DNA of 35,033 bases. Source: Parcubacteria group bacterium GW2011_GWA2_37_10. GTDB taxonomy: Bacteria > Patescibacteriota > Minisyncoccia > Minisyncoccales > Staskawiczbacteraceae. A program made the position numbers and the translations under genes. Shown piece after piece: positions 16,132 to 23,070 of this stretch. The stretch spans positions 1-35,033 of the forward strand of contig LBSQ01000004.1 of assembly GCA_000992015.1 (NCBI GenBank). Reading direction: 5' to 3'. The number at the start of each line of letters is the position of its first letter. Positions within the stretch are counted from its first letter, which is position 1. The notes under the pieces are model-generated. The model saw only the letters and a list, made by a program, of their open reading frames with translations, ran no database searches and was not told the origin of the DNA.

Positions 16132-16395
16132 TCACACGTTTGTGAATGGCACGGACCGCCCTTCATGGGGTCTTTCGCCTGCGAAAGTCTGGGATTCCCT
16201 CCTCGTCGATGTCGGCAGAGACGCGGGGTCTGGTTTTTCGAGAATGACCTCGATGGTGTCACTCTTGATGCCGGCAATTGCGAAGCCCTGATCTTGCTCA
16301 GTCTTGAGCCTCTCTAAGGATTCGATACTGAAGCAATCCATAAAGTGCTCCGTAAAGCAATGCTTGATTCGTAGCTGGATTGTTTTCCACGACAT
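16132..16395 (-). CDS. small hypothetical protein (87 aa), GC-rich cassette D, antisense between rplC and rplD
   Basis: CAGGAG (16402-16407 on the plus strand) lies 6 nt before the internal ATG (16393-16395). The longer track start (16476) would run through its own promoter. Confidence 0.65.
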   Translation of the reverse strand: MSWKTIQLRIKHCFTEHFMDCFSIESLERLKTEQDQGFAIAGIKSDTIEVILEKPDPASLPTSTRRESQTFAGERPHEGRSVPFTNV

Positions 16396-16447
16396 AGTGA
16401 ACTCCTGTAGAAATGCAGGGTAATGCAGAGTGAAGACCAATAATAAA

Positions 16448-16476
16448 AGTATAATAGAATATAAAAGAAAAGTCAA
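16448..16476 (-). promoter_or_regulatory. candidate promoter of cassette D
   Basis: On the minus strand, TTGACT (16471-16476) - 17 nt - TATACT (16448-16453). It overlaps a plus-strand TATAAT/TAGAAT (16450-16460) that could serve rplD. Confidence 0.55.
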
Positions 16477-16494
16477 CCATATTAAAAGATTAAA

Positions 16495-17124
16495 ATGAAA
16501 GTCGATTTATATAATCAAAATGGGGAGGTTTCAGGAAGCACAGTATTGCCAAAGGAAATTTTTGAGGTAAAACTCAACGTTGATTTGGTGCATCAGATTG
16601 TTGTTTCTCAAATGGCAAACAAAAGGCAGATTTCAGCTCATACTAAAAACAGAGGAGAGGTTTCTGGCGGCGGGAAAAAACCATGGAGGCAAAAGGGAAC
16701 AGGACGGGCAAGGCACGGGTCAATTCGTTCTCCATTATGGAGAGGCGGCGGAATAACCTTTGGTCCCAGAAAAGACAAGGTTTATGAAAGGGAAATTCCC
16801 AAAAAAATGAGAAGAAAAGCATTATTTATGGTCCTGAGCCAGAAGGCGAAGGAAAAAAATTTAATTGTTTTGGACAAATTAGAAATGGCGGTTCCCGCAA
16901 CAAAAGAGATGGCAAAATCATTATCTAAACTTCCATGCAAGAGTCAAAGTTTGTTGATTGCTTTACCAAAGTATGATAAAAACGCATTTTTGTCAGCAAG
17001 GAATATCAAAAAAACAGGAATTTTTGAAGCAAGAAATTTGAATATTTTAGATTTAATGACATATAAATATTTATTATTGCCCAAGGAAGCAATTAAAGTT
17101 ATAAAAGAAACATTCTTAAAATAA
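16495..17124 (+). CDS. rplD: 50S ribosomal protein uL4
   Basis: GGGKKPWRQKGTGRARHGSIRSPLWRGGGITFGP. Confidence 0.95.
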   Translation: MKVDLYNQNGEVSGSTVLPKEIFEVKLNVDLVHQIVVSQMANKRQISAHTKNRGEVSGGGKKPWRQKGTGRARHGSIRSPLWRGGGITFGPRKDKVYEREIPKKMRRKALFMVLSQKAKEKNLIVLDKLEMAVPATKEMAKSLSKLPCKSQSLLIALPKYDKNAFLSARNIKKTGIFEARNLNILDLMTYKYLLLPKEAIKVIKETFLK

Positions 17125-17130
17125 ACACTT

Positions 17131-17220
17131 CGTCATTGCGAGGAGCCCGCAGGCGACGCGGCAATCTGGAAACTCTGGAATTGCTTCGTCAGTCGCTAAA
17201 GCTCCTTCCTCGCAATGACA
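17131..17220. repeat. P element copy P1: about 90-nt imperfect palindrome
   Basis: CGTCATTGCGAGGAGC...GCGACGCGGCAATCT / ...ATTGCTTCGTC...CCTCGCAATGACAG. The outer 12-bp arms GTCATTGCGAGG/CCTCGCAATGAC are perfect. Confidence 0.8.
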
Positions 17221-17229
17221 GATACGACT

Positions 17230-17691
17230 ATGGCGCTATTTGATTTTTTAAAAAGAAAAAAGGCAGCGGAGAAAGCAAAAAATCTCTATTCTGAATCTTC
17301 TATTCAGACGGGGCGTCGCGCCGAAGGCGCGAATATGCCGGTTAAAAAAACCGAAAATATTTTAATTAAAAAAGAAAAAAAGATTGAAAAACCGGTTGAA
17401 AAAAAATCAGTAAAAGGATTTTCTTATGATATAGTAAAAGAGCCGCATATTTCAGAAAAAGCGACAATTTTAGCCGAAGGTAATCAATATGTATTTAAAA
17501 TTAATGCCGACTCAAACAAAACAGAAATAAAAAAATCGATTGAAGGTGTTTATGGAGTAAATGTTTTATCAGTAAACATAATAAAAATTCCGAATAAAAA
17601 AAGAAAAATTGGAAAAATACAAGGATTTAAAAGCGGCCATACAAAAGCAGTAGTTAAAATTACTAAAGGCCAAAAAATAGAAATTCTATAA
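17230..17691 (+). CDS. rplW: 50S ribosomal protein uL23 with a Lys-rich N-terminal extension
   Basis: Core YDIVKEPHISEKAT...IKKSIEGVYGVNVLSVN. The start is ambiguous: 17215 (ATG inside the P1 terminus), 17230 (MALFDF...) or 17335 (MPVKK...). Confidence 0.85.
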   Translation: MALFDFLKRKKAAEKAKNLYSESSIQTGRRAEGANMPVKKTENILIKKEKKIEKPVEKKSVKGFSYDIVKEPHISEKATILAEGNQYVFKINADSNKTEIKKSIEGVYGVNVLSVNIIKIPNKKRKIGKIQGFKSGHTKAVVKITKGQKIEIL

Positions 17692-17789
17692 TGCGATGCC
17701 AATATACGAATGACATACTAATAATACGAATAAACGAAAAACGATAACGTATTAGTATAATTAGTATGAATTAGTATATTAGAATCGCA
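17692..17789. repeat. AT-rich long imperfect hairpin filling the rplW-rplB spacer
   Basis: TGCGAT...AATATAC...ATACTAAT...AATACG / CGTATT...ATTAGTAT (x3)...GTATATT...ATCGCA. Confidence 0.6.
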
Positions 17790-17794
17790 CTAAA

Positions 17795-18625
17795 ATGAAA
17801 ATATACAAACCTACAACACCATCAAGAAGGGGAATGACAGGGATAGATTTTTCCCAGTTGACAAAAAAGAAGGCAGAGAAAGGGCTTTTAAAATACATAA
17901 AAAGAAATGCGGGGAGAGGAAGCTCCGGAAGAATTACAGTAAGGCACAAAGGAGGCGGAGTAAAAAGACTTTACAGAATTATTGAATTTTCACAGACAAA
18001 ACAGAATTTACCGGCAGAAGTTATTGCTTTAGAATATGATCCTAATAGAACAGCATTTATTGCCTTGATAGAATATTCTGATAAAAAAAAGCAATATATT
18101 ATAGCTCCGCAAGGATTAAAGGTTGGAGATGCGGTTAATTTTTCCGGCAATGAAAATACTTTATTAACTCCGGGGAACAGAACGAAATTAAAAAATATAC
18201 CCGTTGGAACAATGGTTTATAATGTTGAATTGGATCCGGGAAAGGGTGGAAAAATTGTGAGGTCAGCTGGCAGTTCGGCGCAAGTATTAGCCCGTAATGG
18301 GGATTATGTAAACCTGAAGATGCCGTCAACAGAAATTAGAAAATTTTTAGGCGATTGTTTTGCTTCAATAGGAATGGTTTCAAATCCGGAAAATAGATTT
18401 TATACGTTTGGAAAAGCCGGAAAATCTCGCCTAAAAGGCAGAAGACCGCACGTAAGAGGCTCGGCAATGAATCCCGTTGACCATCCGCATGGAGGAGGCG
18501 AGGGCAGACAGCCAATCGGTTTAAAACATCCGAAAACTCCTTGGGGCAAGCCAGCTTTGGGGGTTAAAACAAGAAACAGAAAAAAGTGGTCAAATAAATT
18601 GATTATTCAAAGAAGGAAGAAATAA
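17795..18625 (+). CDS. rplB: 50S ribosomal protein uL2
   Basis: GRITVRHKGGG, VRGSAMNPVDHPHGGGEG. Confidence 0.97.
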   Translation: MKIYKPTTPSRRGMTGIDFSQLTKKKAEKGLLKYIKRNAGRGSSGRITVRHKGGGVKRLYRIIEFSQTKQNLPAEVIALEYDPNRTAFIALIEYSDKKKQYIIAPQGLKVGDAVNFSGNENTLLTPGNRTKLKNIPVGTMVYNVELDPGKGGKIVRSAGSSAQVLARNGDYVNLKMPSTEIRKFLGDCFASIGMVSNPENRFYTFGKAGKSRLKGRRPHVRGSAMNPVDHPHGGGEGRQPIGLKHPKTPWGKPALGVKTRNRKKWSNKLIIQRRKK

Positions 18626-18630
18626 AATTT

Positions 18631-18706
18631 CGTTATTGCGAGGAGCGTAGCGACGAAGCAATCTAAACAATGCGTGAGATTGCTTCGTTACCGCTCGCAA
18701 TGACGG
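18631..18706. repeat. P element copy P2: about 76-nt imperfect palindrome
   Basis: CGTTATTGCGAGGAGCGTAGCGACGAAGCAATCT - 12 nt - AGATTGCTTCGTTACCGCTCGCAATGACGG. Confidence 0.8.
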
Positions 18707-18721
18707 TTATACACTTATACA

Positions 18722-19060
18722 ATGAGCAGAAGTTTAAAAAAGGGTCCGTATATTGACCAAAATTTGTTGGAAAAAGTGCTGAAGCTGAGAAGGGATGAGA
18801 AGGTTATTATAAAAACCTGGGCAAGGTATTCCACAATTTCCCCGGAAATGGTGGGACATACCTTTGGAGTCCATAACGGGAAAGAATTTGTGCCGGTTTA
18901 CGTTTCAGAAGATATGGTCGGCCACAAGCTGGGAGAGTTTTCCCCAACAACAAAGTTTGTAAGGCATGGAGGAAAAATGCAGAGAGAAATAGAAGCCGGA
19001 GTTGAGCAAAAAGAGGCTGTCAAAACTGAAGCCGCGGTAAAATCCGGACCTAAAAAATAG
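18722..19060 (+). CDS. rpsS: 30S ribosomal protein uS19 (C-terminal extension)
   Basis: [35 protein letters not shown]. Confidence 0.95.
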   Translation: MSRSLKKGPYIDQNLLEKVLKLRRDEKVIIKTWARYSTISPEMVGHTFGVHNGKEFVPVYVSEDMVGHKLGEFSPTTKFVRHGGKMQREIEAGVEQKEAVKTEAAVKSGPKK

Positions 19061-19098
19061 ACATATCGCTACGTTAAAAACATATCGCTACGCTAATT
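19061..19098 (+). repeat. R2 motif, two tandem copies (ACATATCGCTACGTTAAAA / ACATATCGCTACGCTAATT)
   Basis: Direct tandem repeat immediately after the rpsS stop and before rplV. A third copy lies at 21805-21822. Confidence 0.7.
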
Positions 19099-19106
19099 TG
19101 CTAATT

Positions 19107-19451
19107 ATGGAAATTAAAGTAGAATTAAACAATTTAAGAACGGCGCCAAGAAAAGTAAGGCAGGTTGCAGACTTGGTCAGAGGCAAAAAGGCTTTGCAGG
19201 CGCAGACAATTCTTTCGTTCACAGTGAATAGATCCGCAGGAAATGTGTTGAAGCTTTTGAACTCGGCTGTTGCCTCTGCGAAACACGACTTTAAGCTGGA
19301 CGAATCAAATTTATATGTTTCCAGTATTTTTGTAAATGAAGGCCCGAAACTGAAAAGGTGGCACCCTATGTCCAGAGGAAGGGCGTATCCCATACAAAAG
19401 AAAACATCGCACATAACATTGGTGTTGAGCGAATTAATTCCGAAAATTTAG
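19107..19451 (+). CDS. rplV: 50S ribosomal protein uL22
   Basis: MEIKVELNNLRTAPRKVRQVADLVRGK. The track start at 19098 adds 3 atypical residues. Confidence 0.93.
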   Translation: MEIKVELNNLRTAPRKVRQVADLVRGKKALQAQTILSFTVNRSAGNVLKLLNSAVASAKHDFKLDESNLYVSSIFVNEGPKLKRWHPMSRGRAYPIQKKTSHITLVLSELIPKI

Positions 19452-19469
19452 AATTATAAATTTAACAAC

Positions 19470-20138
19470 ATGTCACATAAGGTTCACCCAAAAGCATTCA
19501 GAATAAAAGGAACAGAAGATTGGAATGTCCGCGGTTTTTATGGTAAAAAAATGTCTCAATACCTTGAAGAAGATTTTTTGATAAAAGATTTTTTGAAAGA
19601 AAAATTACGCGAGGCTTCAGTAGCCAACATTGAAATAGAACATTCAGCCAATAAATTAAATATCATTATTGAAACTGCGCGCCCCGGCTTAATAATCGGG
19701 AGGGGTGGAGAGGGCGTTGAAGTTTTAAAAAAAGTATTAGAAAAAAAGATACAGGAAAACAGGAGAAGAAACCGCTTGACCGTTGTACAAAAAAGAGAAA
19801 TAAAAATAGAGATAAGGGAAATAAAAAATCCGTGGATTTCAGCTTCATTGGTGGCTCAAATGGCTGCCCAGCAAATTGAAAAACGTATACCCTTCAGGCA
19901 GGTTTTAAAGAAAACAATAGAAAGAGTTATGTCTAACAGAGAGGTAAAAGGCATAAGAGCAGAGGTGTCAGGTCGATTAAACGGCATTGAAATTGCCAGA
20001 AAAGAATGGCTTCGACAAGGGCGGCTGCCAAGGAATACGATCAGGGCTGATATTGATTATGCGCAGACCGAAGCGCATTGCACATACGGAGCGATAGGAG
20101 TAAAAATTTGGATATATAAAGGAGAAAAATTCGAGTAA
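19470..20138 (+). CDS. rpsC: 30S ribosomal protein uS3
   Basis: HKVHPKAFRI, KH domain RPGLIIGRGGEG, GRLNGIEIAR. Confidence 0.96.
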   Translation: MSHKVHPKAFRIKGTEDWNVRGFYGKKMSQYLEEDFLIKDFLKEKLREASVANIEIEHSANKLNIIIETARPGLIIGRGGEGVEVLKKVLEKKIQENRRRNRLTVVQKREIKIEIREIKNPWISASLVAQMAAQQIEKRIPFRQVLKKTIERVMSNREVKGIRAEVSGRLNGIEIARKEWLRQGRLPRNTIRADIDYAQTEAHCTYGAIGVKIWIYKGEKFE

Positions 20139-20197
20139 AAACATCAACGTAAATTCGCTATCATCAATGTAATCAAAAAAGATATTTTAACACATAT

Positions 20198-20614
20198 ATG
20201 GGAATATTAATGCCGAAAAAAGTAAAACACAGGAAGTGGCACAGAGGAGTGTCCAAGGGAATTGAAACAAGAGCTACAGAGCTTAACTTTGGAAGTTTTG
20301 GTTTGAAGTCCTTGGGAACAAAATGGATTACAGCAAGGCAGTTAGAGGCTTCAAGACGTCATATAATAAGATACCTGAAAAAAGGCGGAAAGCTTTGGAT
20401 AAGGGTTTTTCCTGATAAACCGGTAACTTTTAAAGGATCTGAAGTGGGAATGGGCGGCGGAAAAGGAGGAGTTGACCATTATGTTTATCCAATAAAGCCC
20501 GGCCGTATTATTTTTGAGTTGGACGGCATAAAGGAGGAAATTGCAAAAGAGGCCCTTGAAGGAGCTGCCAATAAACTGCCTATTAAAACTAAATTTATTA
20601 AAAGAGAAGAATAA
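20198..20614 (+). CDS. rplP: 50S ribosomal protein uL16
   Basis: MPKKVKHRKWHRG...ITARQLEASRR...WIRVFPDKPVT. The start could be 20198 or 20210. Confidence 0.94.
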   Translation: MGILMPKKVKHRKWHRGVSKGIETRATELNFGSFGLKSLGTKWITARQLEASRRHIIRYLKKGGKLWIRVFPDKPVTFKGSEVGMGGGKGGVDHYVYPIKPGRIIFELDGIKEEIAKEALEGAANKLPIKTKFIKREE

Positions 20615-20617
20615 AAA

Positions 20618-20803
20618 ATGAAGACAGCAGAGCTTAGAAAAAAAGATAAAAAAGAATTGGAAAAAATAGTTTTGGATTTGAGAAAAAAGCTGAGCGATAT
20701 CAGGTTTAAATTTTCCTCCAATAAGTTGAAAAATGTTAAAGAGATAAATAATACAAAAAAAGACATAGCCAGAATATTAACTATATTAAAAGAAAATGTC
20801 TAA
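20618..20803 (+). CDS. rpmC: 50S ribosomal protein uL29
   Basis: [21 protein letters not shown]...R, its size, and its position. Confidence 0.9.
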   Translation: MKTAELRKKDKKELEKIVLDLRKKLSDIRFKFSSNKLKNVKEINNTKKDIARILTILKENV

Positions 20804-21032
20804 GAAAATATTAACAGGCAAAGTGGTTTCCGATAAAATGCAAAAAACTGTTGTTGTGCAGGTTGAAAGGGTAAAAGAGCATCCGAAATATAAGAGAAGA
20901 TATAAAATCCACAAAAAATATAAAGCCCACGATGAGAAAGGTGAATTTCATATCGGAGATACGGTTGTCATTGAAGAGACAAACCCGATTTCAAAAGATA
21001 AAAAATGGAGAGTGATAAATAAAGTAAAATAG
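20796..21032 (+). CDS. rpsQ: 30S ribosomal protein uS17
   Basis: [26 protein letters not shown]...KKYKAHDE; 8-nt overlap with rpmC. Confidence 0.94.
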   Translation: MSKKILTGKVVSDKMQKTVVVQVERVKEHPKYKRRYKIHKKYKAHDEKGEFHIGDTVVIEETNPISKDKKWRVINKVK

Positions 21033-21033
21033 C

Positions 21034-21402
21034 ATGATTCAATTACGTTCAATGTTAAAAGTCGCAGATAATACTGGAGCAAAAATTATCCAATGTATTA
21101 ATGTGCCCGGAGGAACACGCAGGAGATATGCTCAGCTGGGCGATATTATTGTTGCAGTTGTAAAAAAAGCAGAACCAAGAAAATTGGTAAAAAAACACGA
21201 AAAAGTAAAGGCAGTAATTATCAGGCAAAGAAAGGAATATAAAAGGAGTGACGGTTCTTATATTCGTTTTGACGATAACGCAGCAGTGATATTAGGCGAC
21301 GGAAAGGCTCCGAAAGGGAGCAGAATTTTAGGGCCTGCGGCAAAAGAATTAAAAGACAAGGGCTTTGATAAAATTGCCATGATGGCAAGCGAATTATTAT
21401 AA
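21034..21402 (+). CDS. rplN: 50S ribosomal protein uL14
   Basis: [17 protein letters not shown]...IRFDDNAAV. Confidence 0.97.
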   Translation: MIQLRSMLKVADNTGAKIIQCINVPGGTRRRYAQLGDIIVAVVKKAEPRKLVKKHEKVKAVIIRQRKEYKRSDGSYIRFDDNAAVILGDGKAPKGSRILGPAAKELKDKGFDKIAMMASELL

Positions 21403-21404
21403 AA

Positions 21405-21458
21405 GGAATATCCCTCGCCTGCGGGCTCGGGATGATTTTTTCACTTCGTTCACAAATC
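21405..21458 (+). repeat. R1 leader element, copy 2 (rplX)
   Basis: ATCCC-TCG-CCTGCGGG-CTC-GGGAT hairpin. The mini-ORF ATG (21432) ATT TTT TCA CTT CGT TCA has CAA instead of TAA, so it reads through into rplX. Confidence 0.8.
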
Positions 21459-21803
21459 ATGAAAATTAAAAAAGGCGATAACGTTTTGATAATATCAGGC
21501 AAAGATAAGGGCAGGACCGGCAAGGTGTCAAGGGCTTTTCCTAAAGAAGGGGGTATTTTAGTAGAAGGAATTAATTTAAAAAAGAAGCACGTAAGACCGA
21601 AAAAGGAAGGAGGAAAAGGGCAGGTCGTTGACATTCCGGCAGCGATAGAAGTTTCAAATGTTAAAATAATTTGCCCGAAATGCGGAAAGGCAGTGAGAGT
21701 TGGATATAAAATTGACCCTTCGGCAGGCTTCGGCGCGGCTCAGGGCAAGCGCTCAGGGCAAGCGAAAAAGAGAATTTGTAGAAAATGTAAGCAAGAAGTA
21801 TAA
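21459..21803 (+). CDS. rplX: 50S ribosomal protein uL24 (in-frame GC-rich insert near the C-terminus)
   Basis: MKIKKGDNVLIISGKDKGRTGKV is the canonical uL24 N-terminus. The track start at 21432 would add MIFSLRSQI from the R1 mini-ORF. Confidence 0.9.
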   Translation: MKIKKGDNVLIISGKDKGRTGKVSRAFPKEGGILVEGINLKKKHVRPKKEGGKGQVVDIPAAIEVSNVKIICPKCGKAVRVGYKIDPSAGFGAAQGKRSGQAKKRICRKCKQEV

Positions 21804-21804
21804 T

Positions 21805-21822
21805 ATATCGCTACGTTAAAAA
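21805..21822 (+). repeat. R2 motif, copy 3 (ATATCGCTACGTTAAAAA), abutting the rplE ATG
   Basis: Identical 18-mer to 19063-19080. Confidence 0.7.
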
Positions 21823-22386
21823 ATGGAAAAATTAAAGGAAAAGTATAAAAAAGAGGTAATTCCCGCCATGATGAAAAAGTTTGGATATAAAAATCCGATG
21901 GCTGTTCCGCGCATAAAGAAAATTATGTTGAATAGTTCCTTTGGCAAGGAGGTTGCAAGCAAAACCGCAGGAGAGCGGGAAAAAATACAAAACTTAATTA
22001 TGCAGGATTTATCTCTAATAGCCGGGCAAAGAACAAAATTAGTGAAATCAAAAAAATCCATCGCGGGATTTAAATTAAGGGAAGGTCTGGAAATTGCCGC
22101 AACGGTTACTTTGAGAAAGAGCAGAATGTGGGATTTTTTGGAAAGGCTGATTTTTCTGTCTCTGCCAAGATCCAGGGATTTTAAGGGGCTTGACCCAAAA
22201 ATAATAGATAAAGGGGGAAATTTAAACATCGGATTCAGAGAGCACATTTCCTTTCCGGAAATTTTTACTGAAAAAGAGAAAACTATTTTCGGTCTGCAAA
22301 TAACAGTGGTCACAAATGCGAAAAACAAAGAAGAAGGATTAGAGATGTATAAATTAATGGGATTCCCAATGAGGGAAGCAAAATAA
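21823..22386 (+). CDS. rplE: 50S ribosomal protein uL5
   Basis: LKEKYKKEVIPAMMKKFGYKNPMAVPRIKKI...SIAGFKLREG...NIGFREH. Confidence 0.96.
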   Translation: MEKLKEKYKKEVIPAMMKKFGYKNPMAVPRIKKIMLNSSFGKEVASKTAGEREKIQNLIMQDLSLIAGQRTKLVKSKKSIAGFKLREGLEIAATVTLRKSRMWDFLERLIFLSLPRSRDFKGLDPKIIDKGGNLNIGFREHISFPEIFTEKEKTIFGLQITVVTNAKNKEEGLEMYKLMGFPMREAK

Positions 22387-22392
22387 AAAAGA

Positions 22393-22453
22393 ACACTTCC
22401 GCTTCGGTAAAAACCTCAGTGTAAGTGTGATTTACTCGCTTCGCTCATAAATC
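22393..22453 (+). repeat. R1 leader element, copy 3 (rpsN)
   Basis: ACACT...AGTGT outer stem (alternative CACTT...AAGTG), inner CCGcttCGG. Mini-ORF GTG ATT TAC TCG CTT CGC TCA TAA (22427-22450), then ATC and the ATG at 22454. Confidence 0.75.
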
Positions 22454-22639
22454 ATGGCAAAAAAATCACAGGAAATAAAAGCAAAAAAGAAGCCTAAATA
22501 TCCATCGAGAAAAATTCGGCGCTGTTTTAAATGCGGAAGGCGGCATGGTTTTATGAGAGCATTCGGACTATGCAGAATATGCTTTAGGGAATTAGCAAAT
22601 AAAGGCGAAATTCCCGGCGTTAAAAAATCTTCTTGGTAA
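22454..22639 (+). CDS. rpsN: 30S ribosomal protein uS14, zinc-binding short form
   Basis: 61 aa with CFKCGRRHG...CRICFRE. Confidence 0.95.
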   Translation: MAKKSQEIKAKKKPKYPSRKIRRCFKCGRRHGFMRAFGLCRICFRELANKGEIPGVKKSSW

Positions 22640-22662
22640 CCCTTCAATAAATTCAGGGTAAT
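22636..22662 (+). repeat. R1 hairpin-1-only fragment before rpsH
   Basis: GGTAACCCTTCaataaatTCAGGGTAAT, compared with copy 4 GGTAACCCTTCgtcccgccttatgggacTCAGGGTGAT. ACCCT/AGGGT is retained; the mini-ORF is absent. Confidence 0.55.
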
Positions 22663-22672
22663 AACAAAAACT

Positions 22673-23062
22673 ATGATAGACCCAATAACAGACATGTTAA
22701 ATCAAATAAGGAATGCCCAGGCTGTACAGAAGCCAGAAGTTTCTATTCCTTTTTCAAACCTGAAATATGAGGTTGCAAAAGTTTTAGTTCAAGAGGGGCT
22801 AATAAGCGAAGTAAAAAAGGCTGCCAAAGGAAAGAACAAAATAATGAAAATTGTTTTGAAATATGATAATGGAATTTCTGCGATTTCCGGTTTAAGGAGA
22901 ATATCAAAACCAGGTCAGAGAATTTATGGAAAATGGTCAGAAATAAAAAGAGTTCGCGGAGGATATGGAATATCGGTAGTTTCAACCCCAAAAGGATTAA
23001 TGACGAACAAAGAAGCGCGGAAACAAAAATTGGGGGGAGAAGTTTTATTAGAAATTTGGTAA
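22673..23062 (+). CDS. rpsH: 30S ribosomal protein uS8
   Basis: DPITDMLNQIRNA, GGEVLLEIW. Confidence 0.96.
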   Translation: MIDPITDMLNQIRNAQAVQKPEVSIPFSNLKYEVAKVLVQEGLISEVKKAAKGKNKIMKIVLKYDNGISAISGLRRISKPGQRIYGKWSEIKRVRGGYGISVVSTPKGLMTNKEARKQKLGGEVLLEIW

Positions 23063-23070
23063 TAAAAATT

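Noticed and set aside
16396-16476. The longer 114-aa version of cassette D, starting at 16476
   Set aside because: The extra N-terminal codons run through the cassette's own -35/-10 boxes and are AT-rich. The internal ATG at 16393-16395 has a CAGGAG SD at the proper spacing.
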